64,000 bases of DNA, from contig JALHRW010000001.1 of NCBI GenBank assembly GCA_022841245.1, positions 15,732 through 79,731 on the forward strand, written 5' to 3'. The notes beneath the pieces were generated by a model that saw only the letters and a program-made list of their open reading frames with translations, made no database searches and was not told the DNA's origin. Position numbers and translations under genes: made by a program. Below, one piece after another: positions 18,672 through 29,062 of the stretch. Within the stretch, counting starts at the first letter, position 1. Each line of letters opens with the position of its first letter. This DNA is from Planctomycetota bacterium. Lineage in GTDB: Bacteria > Planctomycetota > UBA11346.

Positions 18672-18904
18672 ATCCGGTCCAGGTTGGTAGATTGACACAG
18701 TCGCTCAGAAATTGCCTGACTGAATCCAATCTGTCCAGCTCGGTACGCAGCCCAGGACTGGCTTACCGGGTCCGGGGTGCGGAGGTGGTCCAGGATGGTC
18801 TTGTGAACCTGGCTATCGATCGGATCCGCAGCAAGGCACACGTCCGAGGTGAGCAGCAAGGAAAGAACCAACGTATGAGCGAGAGGCAGGAGCGGGTACG
18901 GCAT
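18668..18904 (-). CDS. small hypothetical secreted protein or gene remnant
   Basis: Signal-like MPYPLLPLAHTLVLSLLLTSDVCLAAD. Its stop overlaps the ATG of the downstream gene. Confidence 0.4.
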   Translation of the reverse strand: MPYPLLPLAHTLVLSLLLTSDVCLAADPIDSQVHKTILDHLRTPDPVSQSWAAYRAGQIGFSQAISERLCQSTNLDRI

Positions 18905-18908
18905 CCGG

Positions 18909-20069
18909 TCATTTCCCCTTGGTGTGGAGGCCTTCATTGGCCATGGCGACGAGTGGCACGACTAGCACGAGGATGGCGGCCAGGGCGGGAAAGAGCAGGA
19001 CCGGGCCGGTGAGATGGGCCAGGGCGGGTGCGCTGGCCACACCGAGCGAGCCGATCGCCACCACCACGCCGACTGCGCCGCCGGTGCGGCCCGGATTCAT
19101 CGCGGCGGCCAGGGCGACTATCGCCGGCCAGATGCCCGCCGTCAGCAGCCCGGCCGCCGCCAGCAGCGCCAGGGCGGCCGGCCAGCCATCGACCAGGGCG
19201 AGCGCGCCCAGCGCCGCGGCGCCAAGCAGCGCCATGAGCACGGCCTGACGTGCGGTGGAGAGGACGGTGGAGAGGTACAGGCAGCCCAGGCGGCCGAGCA
19301 GCATGCCGCCCCAGAACAACGACAGGCCGAGCATGGCCCAGCGTTCTGGAGCGGCGAAGCGCTCATGCAGCTGCAAGTTGGCATAGATGGCGATGCCCGA
19401 CTCGGCCAGGACGTAGCCGAACAGCGCCAGCGCCGGCAGCAGCACGCTACGCCGGCGCAGCAGCCCGGCCCCGGGTGCGGCGTCGGCAGCGCTGAGCGGC
19501 CGGGGCATGGGGACCGCCAGGTAGGAGATGAGCAGGAGCAGCCCAAGCCCGGCCTCGGCGGCGAAGAACAGGCGCCAGGGCGTGTCGAGCAGCAGCGCCA
19601 TGACGCCGGGGCCGGCGATCGCCCCGGCGCAGTAGGCGACCTGCGACAGGTTCAAAACCATGCCCGGACGCTCGGGATAGAGATCGACCAGCAGGGCCGA
19701 GCCCTGGCTTTCGAGGATGCCGCCGCCCATGCCCATAAGCGCGCCGGCGAGGTGTGCTGCCGGCAGGCTGCCGCTGGCCGCCCACAGCGCCGCTCCACCC
19801 GCCAGCATCAGGCAGGCGGCGAGCAGCAGCGGCTTCTTGCCGTAACGGTCGCAGAGCATGCCGCCGTAGATGGTGGCGGCGAAGCAGGCCGCGAACTGGG
19901 TCGCCGCTACCCACGAGAGCGTGGTGGCATCGATGCCGAAATCCGGTGCGGCGCGCAACAGGGCGGCGGGCAGCAGCGTGGCCGAGACGGCGAAGGCGAA
20001 CAGCGAGGCGCACGCCACCGCCAGCGCGGCGTGGCGGCCGGGAAGCGGCCCTGCCGGGGCGTCAGCCAC
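18909..20069 (-). CDS. MFS transporter
   Basis: About 12 hydrophobic helices and motif A GMLCDRYGKK. Confidence 0.9.
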   Translation of the reverse strand: MADAPAGPLPGRHAALAVACASLFAFAVSATLLPAALLRAAPDFGIDATTLSWVAATQFAACFAATIYGGMLCDRYGKKPLLLAACLMLAGGAALWAASGSLPAAHLAGALMGMGGGILESQGSALLVDLYPERPGMVLNLSQVAYCAGAIAGPGVMALLLDTPWRLFFAAEAGLGLLLLISYLAVPMPRPLSAADAAPGAGLLRRRSVLLPALALFGYVLAESGIAIYANLQLHERFAAPERWAMLGLSLFWGGMLLGRLGCLYLSTVLSTARQAVLMALLGAAALGALALVDGWPAALALLAAAGLLTAGIWPAIVALAAAMNPGRTGGAVGVVVAIGSLGVASAPALAHLTGPVLLFPALAAILVLVVPLVAMANEGLHTKGK

Positions 20070-21000
20070 GGTGGAATACGGTGCTGACCGACACGCTCAG
20101 GCAGGCATCGGGTTCGAGCCGCACGGGCATGCCACCGGCCGCCTCGATCTCCATGAAGCCGTTGGCGTCGCTGTAGACGCTGTAGCGGCAGCCGCGCGCA
20201 TCCGGAGCCTCGCCTGGCGGGCGGTCGGCAATGTCGATGAAGCCGTGGCCGGCCTGCAACCCTCCGGCGCTGCGCCGCACGCGCAGGCCGCGCGCCGGAT
20301 CGCGGAACTCGATCCACGGGACGGTGGCGGACAGGCCGAGCTGGAAGCGGTTGGAGCCATCGGTGCGCACGTGCCACAGCCCGTCCTCGCAGTGGCGCAG
20401 TGCCTCGCTGGGGCCGTAGAGATCCCACACGCAGTCGGCACCGCCATCGGGAAACACCGTCTCGCAGCCCGGCCTGCAATCGAACTGGCACAGCGTCCAC
20501 GGCGCTAGGAGGCAGTCCTCGCGGCCCAGGCATGCGGTACCGCGGTAGGTGAAGGACTCCTCAACCAGCACGCCCAGGCCGTCGGCCTGCGGCCGCAGTT
20601 GGATGGTGCGGGCAGCACGTAGCGGAACGCCCAGGCCTATGGCGTTGATCAGGTCGATGTCCGCCTCGATGCGGGCGCTGTGCTCGGTGGTGGCGGTGCA
20701 CTGCCAGCGGGCTCCGGTGAGGCCCGGCGGGACACGCCAGGCGCCGGTGGCGTAATGCCAGCCGAGACCGGTCCCTTCCGGGGCCGGCCACAGGCCGTCG
20801 CCACCGGGATTGGCATATCCGGCGGACGGGCCCGCCGCCAGGGCGGCGGGATTGACCCGCGTCAGCACCTCGTCGCGCAACACCGGATACAGCCGGCCTT
20901 CAAGGTCAAGTCCGGCGATGACGCCGTGCCCGGCATCGCCGATCAGGATGGCGCGCCTGCCGCCATCGGCAAAGAGTTGGAGGAGTTCCGACGTCTGCAT
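20062..21000 (-). CDS. hypothetical protein, beta-rich (possibly mutarotase-like fold)
   Basis: In operon. NPGGDGLWPAPEG and FMEIEAAG motifs. Start set at MQTSELL. Confidence 0.7.
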   Translation of the reverse strand: MQTSELLQLFADGGRRAILIGDAGHGVIAGLDLEGRLYPVLRDEVLTRVNPAALAAGPSAGYANPGGDGLWPAPEGTGLGWHYATGAWRVPPGLTGARWQCTATTEHSARIEADIDLINAIGLGVPLRAARTIQLRPQADGLGVLVEESFTYRGTACLGREDCLLAPWTLCQFDCRPGCETVFPDGGADCVWDLYGPSEALRHCEDGLWHVRTDGSNRFQLGLSATVPWIEFRDPARGLRVRRSAGGLQAGHGFIDIADRPPGEAPDARGCRYSVYSDANGFMEIEAAGGMPVRLEPDACLSVSVSTVFHRG

Positions 21001-21004
21001 GGCA

Positions 21005-21892
21005 TCAACTCCGCGCCCGTACGGCGTAGTCACGCATGGTGGTGAAGGCGCAGTCGCGCTCCTGCATGGTGGCGATGTAGCGATCGAGACCCTGCAGGGC
21101 TGGCGTGCCGGTGCCTTCCCAGATGAAGGGGTCGAATGTGATCGAGCATTCATCGCAGCGCATGGTCTGCGGCATGGCGACGTACTCCCACGGGTGCAGG
21201 TAGACCGCCAGCACCGCCTCCTCGCCAGCGGGGACGCGCGCCGCCATGCGGCTGCTCAGGTCGGCGAACCATTGCGGACCCTTGAGCCGCATCATCGGCC
21301 ACTGGTCGCGGCCCCGGTCGACGCCTGTGCGAGCGGCCACGTCCATGTCGAAGAACGGCGGCAATTCGAGGATGCGCATGGCGCCATCGCGGGTCCAGTC
21401 GTCGGCATCCGGATGGTAGGGCTGGCCACTGCGCCCGTGCGCGTAGGCCGGCAGCGAGGAGTCGATCAGGTAGCCCAAGCGGTCGAGCGTGCGCAGCATG
21501 GCGCTGGAGCCGAACAGCCGCGGGGCGCGGAACGAGACCGGTCGCCGGCCGCAGACCCGCTCGACCGTGGTGGTGGCCAGCTCCAGCCGGGCGTCGATCT
21601 CATGGTCGAGCATGAAGCCACCGACCGGGACGTCGTAGACCGGCCGCCCCACCGTCTCGTGGAACATGGTGTGGCAGCCGATCTCGTGTCCGGCGTCGCG
21701 CGCCGCCAGCACTGCGTCCGGATGCGCCGCTGCCTCGCGTCCGACGTAGAAGAAGGTCGCGGGCACGCCGCGACGGCGCAGGACGTCGAGGATTGCGCCG
21801 GTGCCCTCGCTGATCCCCCGCGTGGTCGAGCCCCACGAGCCGATGTCGGTCTCCATGTCGAAGGAGAGGATGATGGTGGTGCTGGCGGGCAC
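21005..21892 (-). CDS. polysaccharide deacetylase family (CE4/NodB-like) protein
   Basis: LSFDME, PATFF, GHEIGCHTMFH, SFRAP, YLHPWE. GTG start with AGGAG upstream. Confidence 0.88.
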   Translation of the reverse strand: MPASTTIILSFDMETDIGSWGSTTRGISEGTGAILDVLRRRGVPATFFYVGREAAAHPDAVLAARDAGHEIGCHTMFHETVGRPVYDVPVGGFMLDHEIDARLELATTTVERVCGRRPVSFRAPRLFGSSAMLRTLDRLGYLIDSSLPAYAHGRSGQPYHPDADDWTRDGAMRILELPPFFDMDVAARTGVDRGRDQWPMMRLKGPQWFADLSSRMAARVPAGEEAVLAVYLHPWEYVAMPQTMRCDECSITFDPFIWEGTGTPALQGLDRYIATMQERDCAFTTMRDYAVRARS

Positions 21893-21909
21893 GGCGCGCT
21901 CCTGCGGAT

Positions 21910-23082
21910 TCAGCGGACCGAGGTGAGCAGATGGTCCATCCCGGGGCTGAAGGGTACCAGGCCGGCGGCGGTGACCTCGTAGCCGGTCTCGATGCGCGCC
22001 CCGTTCCACTCCGGGTGGCCGAAGAAGCTGATGTCGATCGAGATCGCCATGCCAGGCTTCAGCTCGTCGTGGCTGTGCGGGCCGAAGAACGGCGACTCGG
22101 CCTCGTGCAGTCCGATGGTGTGGACGAAGGGGCAGACCAGGTATTGCGACAGGCCGTGCTTGGCGAAATAGGCGCGGGCCGGTGCGTCGATCTGCTTGCC
22201 GACGCGGCCGGGCACCAGCGCGTCCTTGGTCAGCTGGAAGGCGGCGCGCAGGTGCTCGATGCAGGCCTTCTGGCTGGCGCTGAAGCCGCCGCCGATCGGC
22301 AGCATGTCGCCGACCACGCCGGCGTAGCCGTTCACCTTGGGGGCGATCCCGACCATCGCCATCTCGCCGGACGCCAGCACCTTGGAGCTGGCGGTCGGGA
22401 CCACGGCATTGGCCCGCTTGCCGCTGCCGACGATGGCGGAGAAGCCGAAGCCGCTGGCGCCACGGCTGCGTGCAGCATATTCGCCGGCGGCGGCGACCTG
22501 GATCTCGGAGGCTCCCGGCCTGGCGGCCTCGCGCATCGCGGCGTAGCAATGGTCGGCGAGGGCGAAGGCGGCGCGGATCTGGGCCAGCTCCCAGGCCGAC
22601 TTGGCGAAGCGCAGCTGGACGAAGGCGGCGGTGCAGTCGACCAGCTCGACTCCGGCGAAGCCGGCGAGGATCTGGCGATGGCAGTCGGCCGGCATGCGTC
22701 CGCCGCCGACCAAGCCGACGCGCTTCACCGTCCCCAGGGTCTGCTGCAACTCGGCGAACAGCTTGGGGAAGCCGATGATGACGGCGTTGGGGTACTCCTC
22801 GTCGGGGACCATGAAGACCGGGAAGTTGCGCGTCTCGGTGATCGCGCTGTCGAGCTTGGCGAAGGGCTCGCTCTCCGGTCCGCCCAGCAGCAGGCAGGGG
22901 CCGGTGCGCGGCACCAGCACGGCACCGCTTTCGAACTGCGGGCACCAGCCGGTCAGGTACCAGCCGTTGCCGATGTTGAACTCGTCATAGTAGACCAACA
23001 CGGCATCAAGCTGCTGCTGGTGCATGATGGCGCGGAGCCGCTCGATGCGGGGGAGCTGTTCGGCGGCGTGCAGATAGGGCAT
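21910..23082 (-). CDS. M24 (Xaa-Pro peptidase/creatinase) fold protein with atypical metal site
   Basis: Creatinase-N-like start RIERLRAIM..QQLDAVLV...WYLTG, then RFAKSAWEL, HTIGL, LKPGM, GARIE. Confidence 0.85.
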   Translation of the reverse strand: MPYLHAAEQLPRIERLRAIMHQQQLDAVLVYYDEFNIGNGWYLTGWCPQFESGAVLVPRTGPCLLLGGPESEPFAKLDSAITETRNFPVFMVPDEEYPNAVIIGFPKLFAELQQTLGTVKRVGLVGGGRMPADCHRQILAGFAGVELVDCTAAFVQLRFAKSAWELAQIRAAFALADHCYAAMREAARPGASEIQVAAAGEYAARSRGASGFGFSAIVGSGKRANAVVPTASSKVLASGEMAMVGIAPKVNGYAGVVGDMLPIGGGFSASQKACIEHLRAAFQLTKDALVPGRVGKQIDAPARAYFAKHGLSQYLVCPFVHTIGLHEAESPFFGPHSHDELKPGMAISIDISFFGHPEWNGARIETGYEVTAAGLVPFSPGMDHLLTSVR

Positions 23083-23083
23083 G

Positions 23084-24112
23084 TCAACGTTCCTTGGTGC
23101 TGTCGCGGACGCATAGATGCGGAAGCAGCCGGCGCCGGATGGGGGTGGTCGTGGTGTCCGCCTCGTCGCAGACGCAGGCGACGGCCAAGCGGCCGAGCAC
23201 GTCGTAGTCGAGGAGGACAGTGGTGAGGGCCGGGACCAGATAGGCGCCCAGTGGCAGGCCATCGATCCCGGCCACGGCGACGTCCTCGGGCACGCGGCGA
23301 CCGCGGCGCTGCAGGGTGTGCATGATGGCCATCGCCATCTCGTCATTGCTCAGGACCGCATCGAAGGCCAGGCCGCGCCCGATCGCGGCATCCACCGCGG
23401 CGGACGCCTGGACCTGGGTGAAGTCGGTCGCCAGGTGCAGTTGGGGTTCGGGCTCCAGGCCGCGCTCCGCCAGAGCCTCGTGGTGGCCCTGCGCCAGTTC
23501 GCGTGCGAAATAGTGGTCGGCGAAGCCGTTGACCAGCAGGATGCGACGGCGTCCGGCGTCCAGCAGGTGGCGGGTCATCTGGCGCGCCGCATCGAGGTTG
23601 TCGAAGCCGATGCTGTGGCAGGGGGCGGCCACGGCCGGATCACCGGTATGATCGACCAGCACGGCGTTGGGGCGCACCGCGAGCAGGATCTCCAGCTGGC
23701 GGGCGGGCAGATAGCCGACGATCATGGTCGGCAGTTCGCGGTCGGCCCGCATGCATTCGCACAGCGCGAGGAATTCACGCTGGTCATCGTTGGCCATGCG
23801 GATGACGCAGTCGCGGTTGCGACGGCCGAGTTCGCGGCTGATGGTCGTGATCAGGCCCTGCTTGAACACCGAGGCGGTGGCCTGGAGGTCGCAGAGGATG
23901 ACATCGACCGCGGTGCGCGGCGGCGCCGTCGCCGTGCGTGGACGCCCAAAATTCGGTCGTGGCCGGTAGCCCAGCCGTTCGATCGCCTGCATCACCCTGT
24001 CACGGGTCGCGGTAGCGACCGGCGAACCGGGCTTCAGGGCACGGGTGACGGTCATGACCGTCACACCGCATGTGTCGGCGATATCCTGCAGGGTGGCGTC
24101 TGACGTCTTCAT
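23084..24112 (-). CDS. LacI-family transcriptional regulator
   Basis: TLQDIADTCGVTVMTVTRAL, NDEMA, VPEDVAVAGIDG, PALTTV. Confidence 0.93.
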   Translation of the reverse strand: MKTSDATLQDIADTCGVTVMTVTRALKPGSPVATATRDRVMQAIERLGYRPRPNFGRPRTATAPPRTAVDVILCDLQATASVFKQGLITTISRELGRRNRDCVIRMANDDQREFLALCECMRADRELPTMIVGYLPARQLEILLAVRPNAVLVDHTGDPAVAAPCHSIGFDNLDAARQMTRHLLDAGRRRILLVNGFADHYFARELAQGHHEALAERGLEPEPQLHLATDFTQVQASAAVDAAIGRGLAFDAVLSNDEMAMAIMHTLQRRGRRVPEDVAVAGIDGLPLGAYLVPALTTVLLDYDVLGRLAVACVCDEADTTTTPIRRRLLPHLCVRDSTKER

Positions 24113-24113
24113 G

Positions 24114-24162
24114 GTTGACTTTGCGTCTTGTAGACCCCATTATGTGAAAGTCAACACTAACG
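24114..24162. promoter_or_regulatory. divergent promoter region with inverted repeat GTTGACTTT-N24-AAAGTCAAC
   Basis: Arms at 24114-24122 and 24147-24155, each containing TTGACT (-35-like). ACTAACG half-site at 24156-24162. Confidence 0.55.
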
Positions 24163-24186
24163 AAAATATAAGGCGGCAATGCAGGT

Positions 24187-26334
24187 ATGAAGAGTGCTCT
24201 CACGATCGCCGCCGTCGCTGCCTGCCTGGCCGGATGCACCAGCCGCACCGTGGGTGGTGACCTGCGTCCGCAGTATGAACTGCCGCGGCTGGCGGACGAT
24301 CTGGTGATCGACGGTGATGGGGCCGAATGGTCGGCCGCCAGCCTGCGTCTGTCCGTGTTCACGGAGGACGGCGTCACCCCGATCGACCCGCTCCTGTTCT
24401 CGGCCGAGGCCCAACTGGGCTGGAACGTCCGTGGTCTGGTGGTGGCGGTGCACATGCGCAGCAACCAGCCGTGGGAGGAGTCGGCCGATGCCCGGTTGGC
24501 CTACCAGGCCGATTCGGTTGAACTGTTCCTGCGCCGGGGTGGTGCCTGGAAGGATCTGGTCCAGCCGGTGATCGCCCCTGGCATGGCGCCCGACCAGGAT
24601 GCGGCGCGCTGCTTCGTCTACGACTACCGCGGCGGCGGCGCCGAGTGGACAGGACTTGCGACCGGGATCGAGTTCGTCCGTCAGCGCCAGGCCGACGGCT
24701 TCACCCTGGAGGCGCTGATCCCCTGGGCCCAACTGCAACTGCCTGCCGAACTCGGCACGACCTGTGAATTCGCAATCAAGCTCAACAAGGTGCTGCCCAG
24801 TCTGGGACGCCGGCAGCTGTCCTGGTCCGGACCGACCGGTGACATCTTCCAGCGCTTGCGCCTGGCCGGCCCCGGAGCTGCCACGGTCGGACGCGCGGCG
24901 TGGATCGTACGAGACGGGCCGGATCGGGTGGCGGCCTGCGTGCTGGCCACGCATGGCGAGGCGGGTGCCAGCCTGAGTCTGCGCCGTGGCGAGGACGAAC
25001 TGCTGCGCACGCCGCTGTGCCAGGTCGGCAACCGGGCGGCGGCGTGGGTCTCCATCCCCGCGCCCACGCCAGGCGGGCAGCCGCTGATCCTGTGCTGCGC
25101 CGACGAGGAGGTCTGCCGCTTCGAGGTCCAGGATGGCGGCCCGGCCCTGCGCCGGCGGCTCGAGGCCGCCGCCAGCCTGCCATGGTGGTACGGTGAGCAG
25201 GAACCGGGCATCGCCGGCCTGCGTTTCCGCGTGCCCGCCATCCTGAGCGTGGCAGCACTGCCGACGCCGGCCTGCGACGACCCCGTCCTGGCGCGCGCCG
25301 CTGGCGTGGTCGGGACCACGGTACGCTGGTATGGAGCTGATGGGGCCGCGGTGGAACGGGCCGAGCGTCCGGGTCGCTATGGTGCGGTGATCACCGTGCG
25401 CTGCGCCGATGGCAGCGAAGTCGTATTCCGCCAGACCTGCGTCCGTTTGGGTGATGATTTGCAGTCGAGGGGTCTCATGGATGACGCGCTGCGCCGGCTC
25501 GGTGCGACGGTCGCCGTCGATCCGGCCGGAGTTCAGTTGCGTGATCAGTTGGGCCTCCGCCTCGCCGACCAGCTGACGGCCGACCGCGACGTGGCACCTC
25601 TGCTCGCCGGCCTGCTCGAATCAGCCGTCGATGGCCAGCCGCCACGCGCGGCGGCACGCGATCGGGCATGGTGGCACCGCCTGGGCAGCAGTCACGGCGA
25701 CGCCACCACCTACCGCTGGTTCCGCCGCCTGCCGAACGGCTACGGACATGACCCTGACAGGCGCTGGCCGGCGGTGATCTACCTGCACGGCAGCGGCGGC
25801 CTGGTGCCGCGCGACTACAAACCCTACGAGCAGCGCGATCCCGAGGCGGACCTGCTGGGCTGGGTCAAGGACAAGGATCTGCCGCTGGCGATCTACGCCC
25901 TGCAGGCCTCGAACCCGTGGGAACCGCCGGCCGTGCTGGCGGCGCTGGACCGCATCCTCGCCGAGGACCGCATCGACCCCGACCGGGTGGTACTGATGGG
26001 CTTCAGCATGGGTGGATTCGGGACCTGGGATTGCATCGTCGACCACCCCGAGCGTTTCGCCGGTGCGGTGCCGATCGGTGGGCGTGGCTTCCATGCCAGC
26101 GACGTTGCCGGGATCGCCGGCCGCCTGCCGGTGTGGGTATTCAACGGAGACAAGGACAACTCGACGACGCTGGAGGATGCCCAGGTGGTGGTGCGGACCC
26201 TGCAGGCGGCCGGCGGCGAGGTCCGTCTCACCGTCCTGCCCGGCGCCGATCACGGTGCCAGCCAGGCGGCGACCTACGCCACCCCCGGCCTGTGGGACTG
26301 GGTGCTGCAGCGGCGTCGCGGGACCACGCCATGA
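24187..26334 (+). CDS. lipoprotein with N-terminal CBM9-like sugar-binding domain and C-terminal alpha/beta-hydrolase (esterase)
   Basis: Lipobox LAGC, IDGDGAEW, DSVELFL, FTLEALIPW, then YLHGSGG, GFSMGG nucleophile, GDKD, GADH. Confidence 0.85.
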   Translation: MKSALTIAAVAACLAGCTSRTVGGDLRPQYELPRLADDLVIDGDGAEWSAASLRLSVFTEDGVTPIDPLLFSAEAQLGWNVRGLVVAVHMRSNQPWEESADARLAYQADSVELFLRRGGAWKDLVQPVIAPGMAPDQDAARCFVYDYRGGGAEWTGLATGIEFVRQRQADGFTLEALIPWAQLQLPAELGTTCEFAIKLNKVLPSLGRRQLSWSGPTGDIFQRLRLAGPGAATVGRAAWIVRDGPDRVAACVLATHGEAGASLSLRRGEDELLRTPLCQVGNRAAAWVSIPAPTPGGQPLILCCADEEVCRFEVQDGGPALRRRLEAAASLPWWYGEQEPGIAGLRFRVPAILSVAALPTPACDDPVLARAAGVVGTTVRWYGADGAAVERAERPGRYGAVITVRCADGSEVVFRQTCVRLGDDLQSRGLMDDALRRLGATVAVDPAGVQLRDQLGLRLADQLTADRDVAPLLAGLLESAVDGQPPRAAARDRAWWHRLGSSHGDATTYRWFRRLPNGYGHDPDRRWPAVIYLHGSGGLVPRDYKPYEQRDPEADLLGWVKDKDLPLAIYALQASNPWEPPAVLAALDRILAEDRIDPDRVVLMGFSMGGFGTWDCIVDHPERFAGAVPIGGRGFHASDVAGIAGRLPVWVFNGDKDNSTTLEDAQVVVRTLQAAGGEVRLTVLPGADHGASQAATYATPGLWDWVLQRRRGTTP

Positions 26335-27578
26335 TATTCCGTATCCTGCTTGGCCTGCTGCCCTGGCTGGTGCTGGCCGCCGGTGAAGCCTCCGTGCCGG
26401 CCAACCGCTACGTCAGTTCCGATTGGACCGGCCCCGAGCGCGACTTCCGCCTGGTCGACGGCACGGTGGTCGGCCCGTGGTGGCAGGGCGGCGGCATCGG
26501 CGTCGCCTACTTCACCGGCCAGTTCGCGCAGAAGCTGGGCCAGTTCGAGGAGCTGGGCAAAGCGGTGGCGAAGGGGATGGGCCGGCCCTACCTGGAGATC
26601 CACAAGGAGGATCTGCCGCCGAACGTCGCGTCGGGCAACGGCGCATTGGGTTATCCCGACGGCACCGCCCGGGTGCGGCTGCTGATCATGCCGGGCGGCA
26701 ATGCCACACGAAACCTCTCGGAGGTCGTCGGCGTGGTCGCGCCGAGTACCGACCAGGCCCGTCTCGATGTCGGACGCAAGCTGCCGCAGCAGGTCTTCCG
26801 CACCGGGATGAACTACATCGGCGTCTGCGCCGGCGCCTACACCGCGACCAGCGGCTACGACCATCCCAACGCCGTGGATGCGCAGTGGGGATTGTGGCCG
26901 GGCAGGTTCCCCGACCTCGGTCCAGGGATCAGCCAGCCGTTGCCGGACGTGTTGGTCGATCCGGCGATGCAGAAGCATCCGCTGTGGAAGGCGACCGCGA
27001 ACGGGACGCTCAAGGGGATGTTCTTCAACGGCGGTCCGCTCGACCTGCAGGCCGGCGTCCCCGACACAGAGTATTTCGGCCGTTACCAGGGCGGTGGGAT
27101 GCCGGCCCTGGCCGGCCGCTGCTTCAGCCTCGCCTACCGTCCAGCGGGCATCAACCAGAGTGGTCGCCTCGTCATCAGCAGCGGTCACCCCGAGGCACAC
27201 CACCGCGAGTTCCTCGCCGCCATGGCGCAGTACGCCATCGATCACGAGTACGCGGTGCCGCGCCGCCCGCTGGTCGTCGAACAGCCGGCCACCGCGGTCT
27301 GCGGCGAGGACCAGATGCACTACTGGAGCATTAGCGTCCCGGCCGGGAAGAAGCTGACCGTCACTTTGGAAGCGCTGGGCGCGAATTGCGACCTCTATGT
27401 GCGGGCCAAGCTGCCGCCAACGCTCAAAAAGTCGGACGGTCGCTCAGCCAGGGCGCGCACCGCCGACGAGCAGGTGGTGATCGCCTCGACCAAGGAGGAC
27501 GAATACTGGATCGGCGTGCTTGGCCGGCATCTCGATCCGGCTGGTGCGAACTACCAACTCAAGGCGACCATCCAATGA
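26331..27578 (+). CDS. secreted class-I glutamine amidotransferase-like (BPL-N-like) Cys hydrolase with PPC domain
   Basis: Signal peptide, LLIMPGG, YIGVCAGAY, FFNGG, SGHPE, C-terminal CDLYVR...DEQVVI...YWIGV. Confidence 0.75.
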   Translation: MIFRILLGLLPWLVLAAGEASVPANRYVSSDWTGPERDFRLVDGTVVGPWWQGGGIGVAYFTGQFAQKLGQFEELGKAVAKGMGRPYLEIHKEDLPPNVASGNGALGYPDGTARVRLLIMPGGNATRNLSEVVGVVAPSTDQARLDVGRKLPQQVFRTGMNYIGVCAGAYTATSGYDHPNAVDAQWGLWPGRFPDLGPGISQPLPDVLVDPAMQKHPLWKATANGTLKGMFFNGGPLDLQAGVPDTEYFGRYQGGGMPALAGRCFSLAYRPAGINQSGRLVISSGHPEAHHREFLAAMAQYAIDHEYAVPRRPLVVEQPATAVCGEDQMHYWSISVPAGKKLTVTLEALGANCDLYVRAKLPPTLKKSDGRSARARTADEQVVIASTKEDEYWIGVLGRHLDPAGANYQLKATIQ

Positions 27579-29062
27579 CCAGGACCATCTTGCTCACCGC
27601 CCTGGTGCTCGCCTCCGTGTCCGCTGGTGAGGCGGACGGCCGCCGCAAGGAGGTCGAGCGCGTGCTCAAGGACCTGCGCACGGCGCTGGCCGCCGGTACG
27701 CCGACCCCGGCCGGGGTCGAGGACCTCGCCGGCCTGGCCGCCTGTCTCAAGCCGGCCGATGCGGCGATGCTGGAGGCGATCGCCGCCGCCGCCGAGCGCC
27801 TCGCCAGCGAGCAGGCGCTGGAATCGGCGGGCAAGCCGAAGCTGCTCGCCTACGCCGGGAAGAAGGCCGAGGCCCTGGCCAAGCTAGAAGCCCTGGCCAA
27901 GGCCTTCGCGCCCTTCGCCGACGCGGGCAAGGTGCTGGCCGAGGCCAAGGATGAAATCGAGAACGACAAGCCCGGCCTGCTGCTCGGCGACTGGTGGGGC
28001 GGCGCGGCGCTCGGCGCGGTGCGCTACATGGGGCCGGGCGGCAACACCATGGACTGGTTCAAGCCGCCGGCCGAGAAGGTCGCCAAGACCTGGGGCCTGC
28101 CCTGCATCGACTTCCGTGGGCAGGACGTGATCGGCGGAGCCGACGACGCGAACGGCATCCTCCTCTATCCCGACGGCACGGCTCGGGCGCGCTTCCTGGT
28201 CTGGCCGGGCGGCAGCCCGGGCGAGTGCATGGCGGAGATGCAGCAGCAGACCGGCGCCGGTCGGATGCGGGCGGCATTCGCCGGTGGGATGAACTACCTT
28301 GGCATCTGCTCGGGCTGCTTCCTGGTTACCGAGATGTGCTTTGGCCTGTGGCCGGGGAAGATGAGCCGCAAGGAACCGGTCATCAAAGGGCCGCCGCACG
28401 ACATCGTCATGCCGCCGTTCCATCCGCTGGCATCGCTGCTCAAGGCCGACCGGCTGAAGGAAGTGGTGTTCACCGGCGGAGCCAACGAGATGACCCTGGG
28501 CGTCGCGGATACGGAATACATCGGCTTCTTTCGCAACGGGAAATACGAAGGCATGGAGGGCAACCCGGCGCTGATCGCCTATACGCCACCCGGATGGGGC
28601 GGCGGCCGCCTGGTCGTCACCCCGGCCCATCCCGAGGGGACCAGGCCCGACTTCCTGGTCATGATGGGCGATTACGCCATGCGCCACCGCTATGCCCTGC
28701 CGCGCCATCCGGTCGAGGCGGGGAAGCCGGTATCGGGTTTGGTCGGCGACCATCAGAACCAGTATTACGAGATCCTGGTTGGCGAGGGCGTACGCAAGCT
28801 GGAAGTGGTGCTGTCCGGGCTCGACGGCGATTGTGAGGTCGTCATCCGCCATGGCGAGCCGCCCAAGCCACGCGCCTGGCAGACGAAGACGGTGCCGAAA
28901 CCGGGCGCACGTAATCGTCGTGCAGAGCGCAAAGTCTCTGTATCTTCGGCCAAGCCCGGGCGCTATTTCATCCAGGTCCACGGCAACCACGACATCCTCG
29001 ATGGTGCCAACTACACCCTGACCGTCACCAGCGAAGCCGTCACCGCGAAGGACAACCCATGA
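27575..29062 (+). CDS. secreted BPL-N-like Cys hydrolase with PPC-like domain, paralog of upstream gene
   Basis: Signal peptide, [42 protein letters not shown]...GANYTL. Confidence 0.75.
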   Translation: MTRTILLTALVLASVSAGEADGRRKEVERVLKDLRTALAAGTPTPAGVEDLAGLAACLKPADAAMLEAIAAAAERLASEQALESAGKPKLLAYAGKKAEALAKLEALAKAFAPFADAGKVLAEAKDEIENDKPGLLLGDWWGGAALGAVRYMGPGGNTMDWFKPPAEKVAKTWGLPCIDFRGQDVIGGADDANGILLYPDGTARARFLVWPGGSPGECMAEMQQQTGAGRMRAAFAGGMNYLGICSGCFLVTEMCFGLWPGKMSRKEPVIKGPPHDIVMPPFHPLASLLKADRLKEVVFTGGANEMTLGVADTEYIGFFRNGKYEGMEGNPALIAYTPPGWGGGRLVVTPAHPEGTRPDFLVMMGDYAMRHRYALPRHPVEAGKPVSGLVGDHQNQYYEILVGEGVRKLEVVLSGLDGDCEVVIRHGEPPKPRAWQTKTVPKPGARNRRAERKVSVSSAKPGRYFIQVHGNHDILDGANYTLTVTSEAVTAKDNP

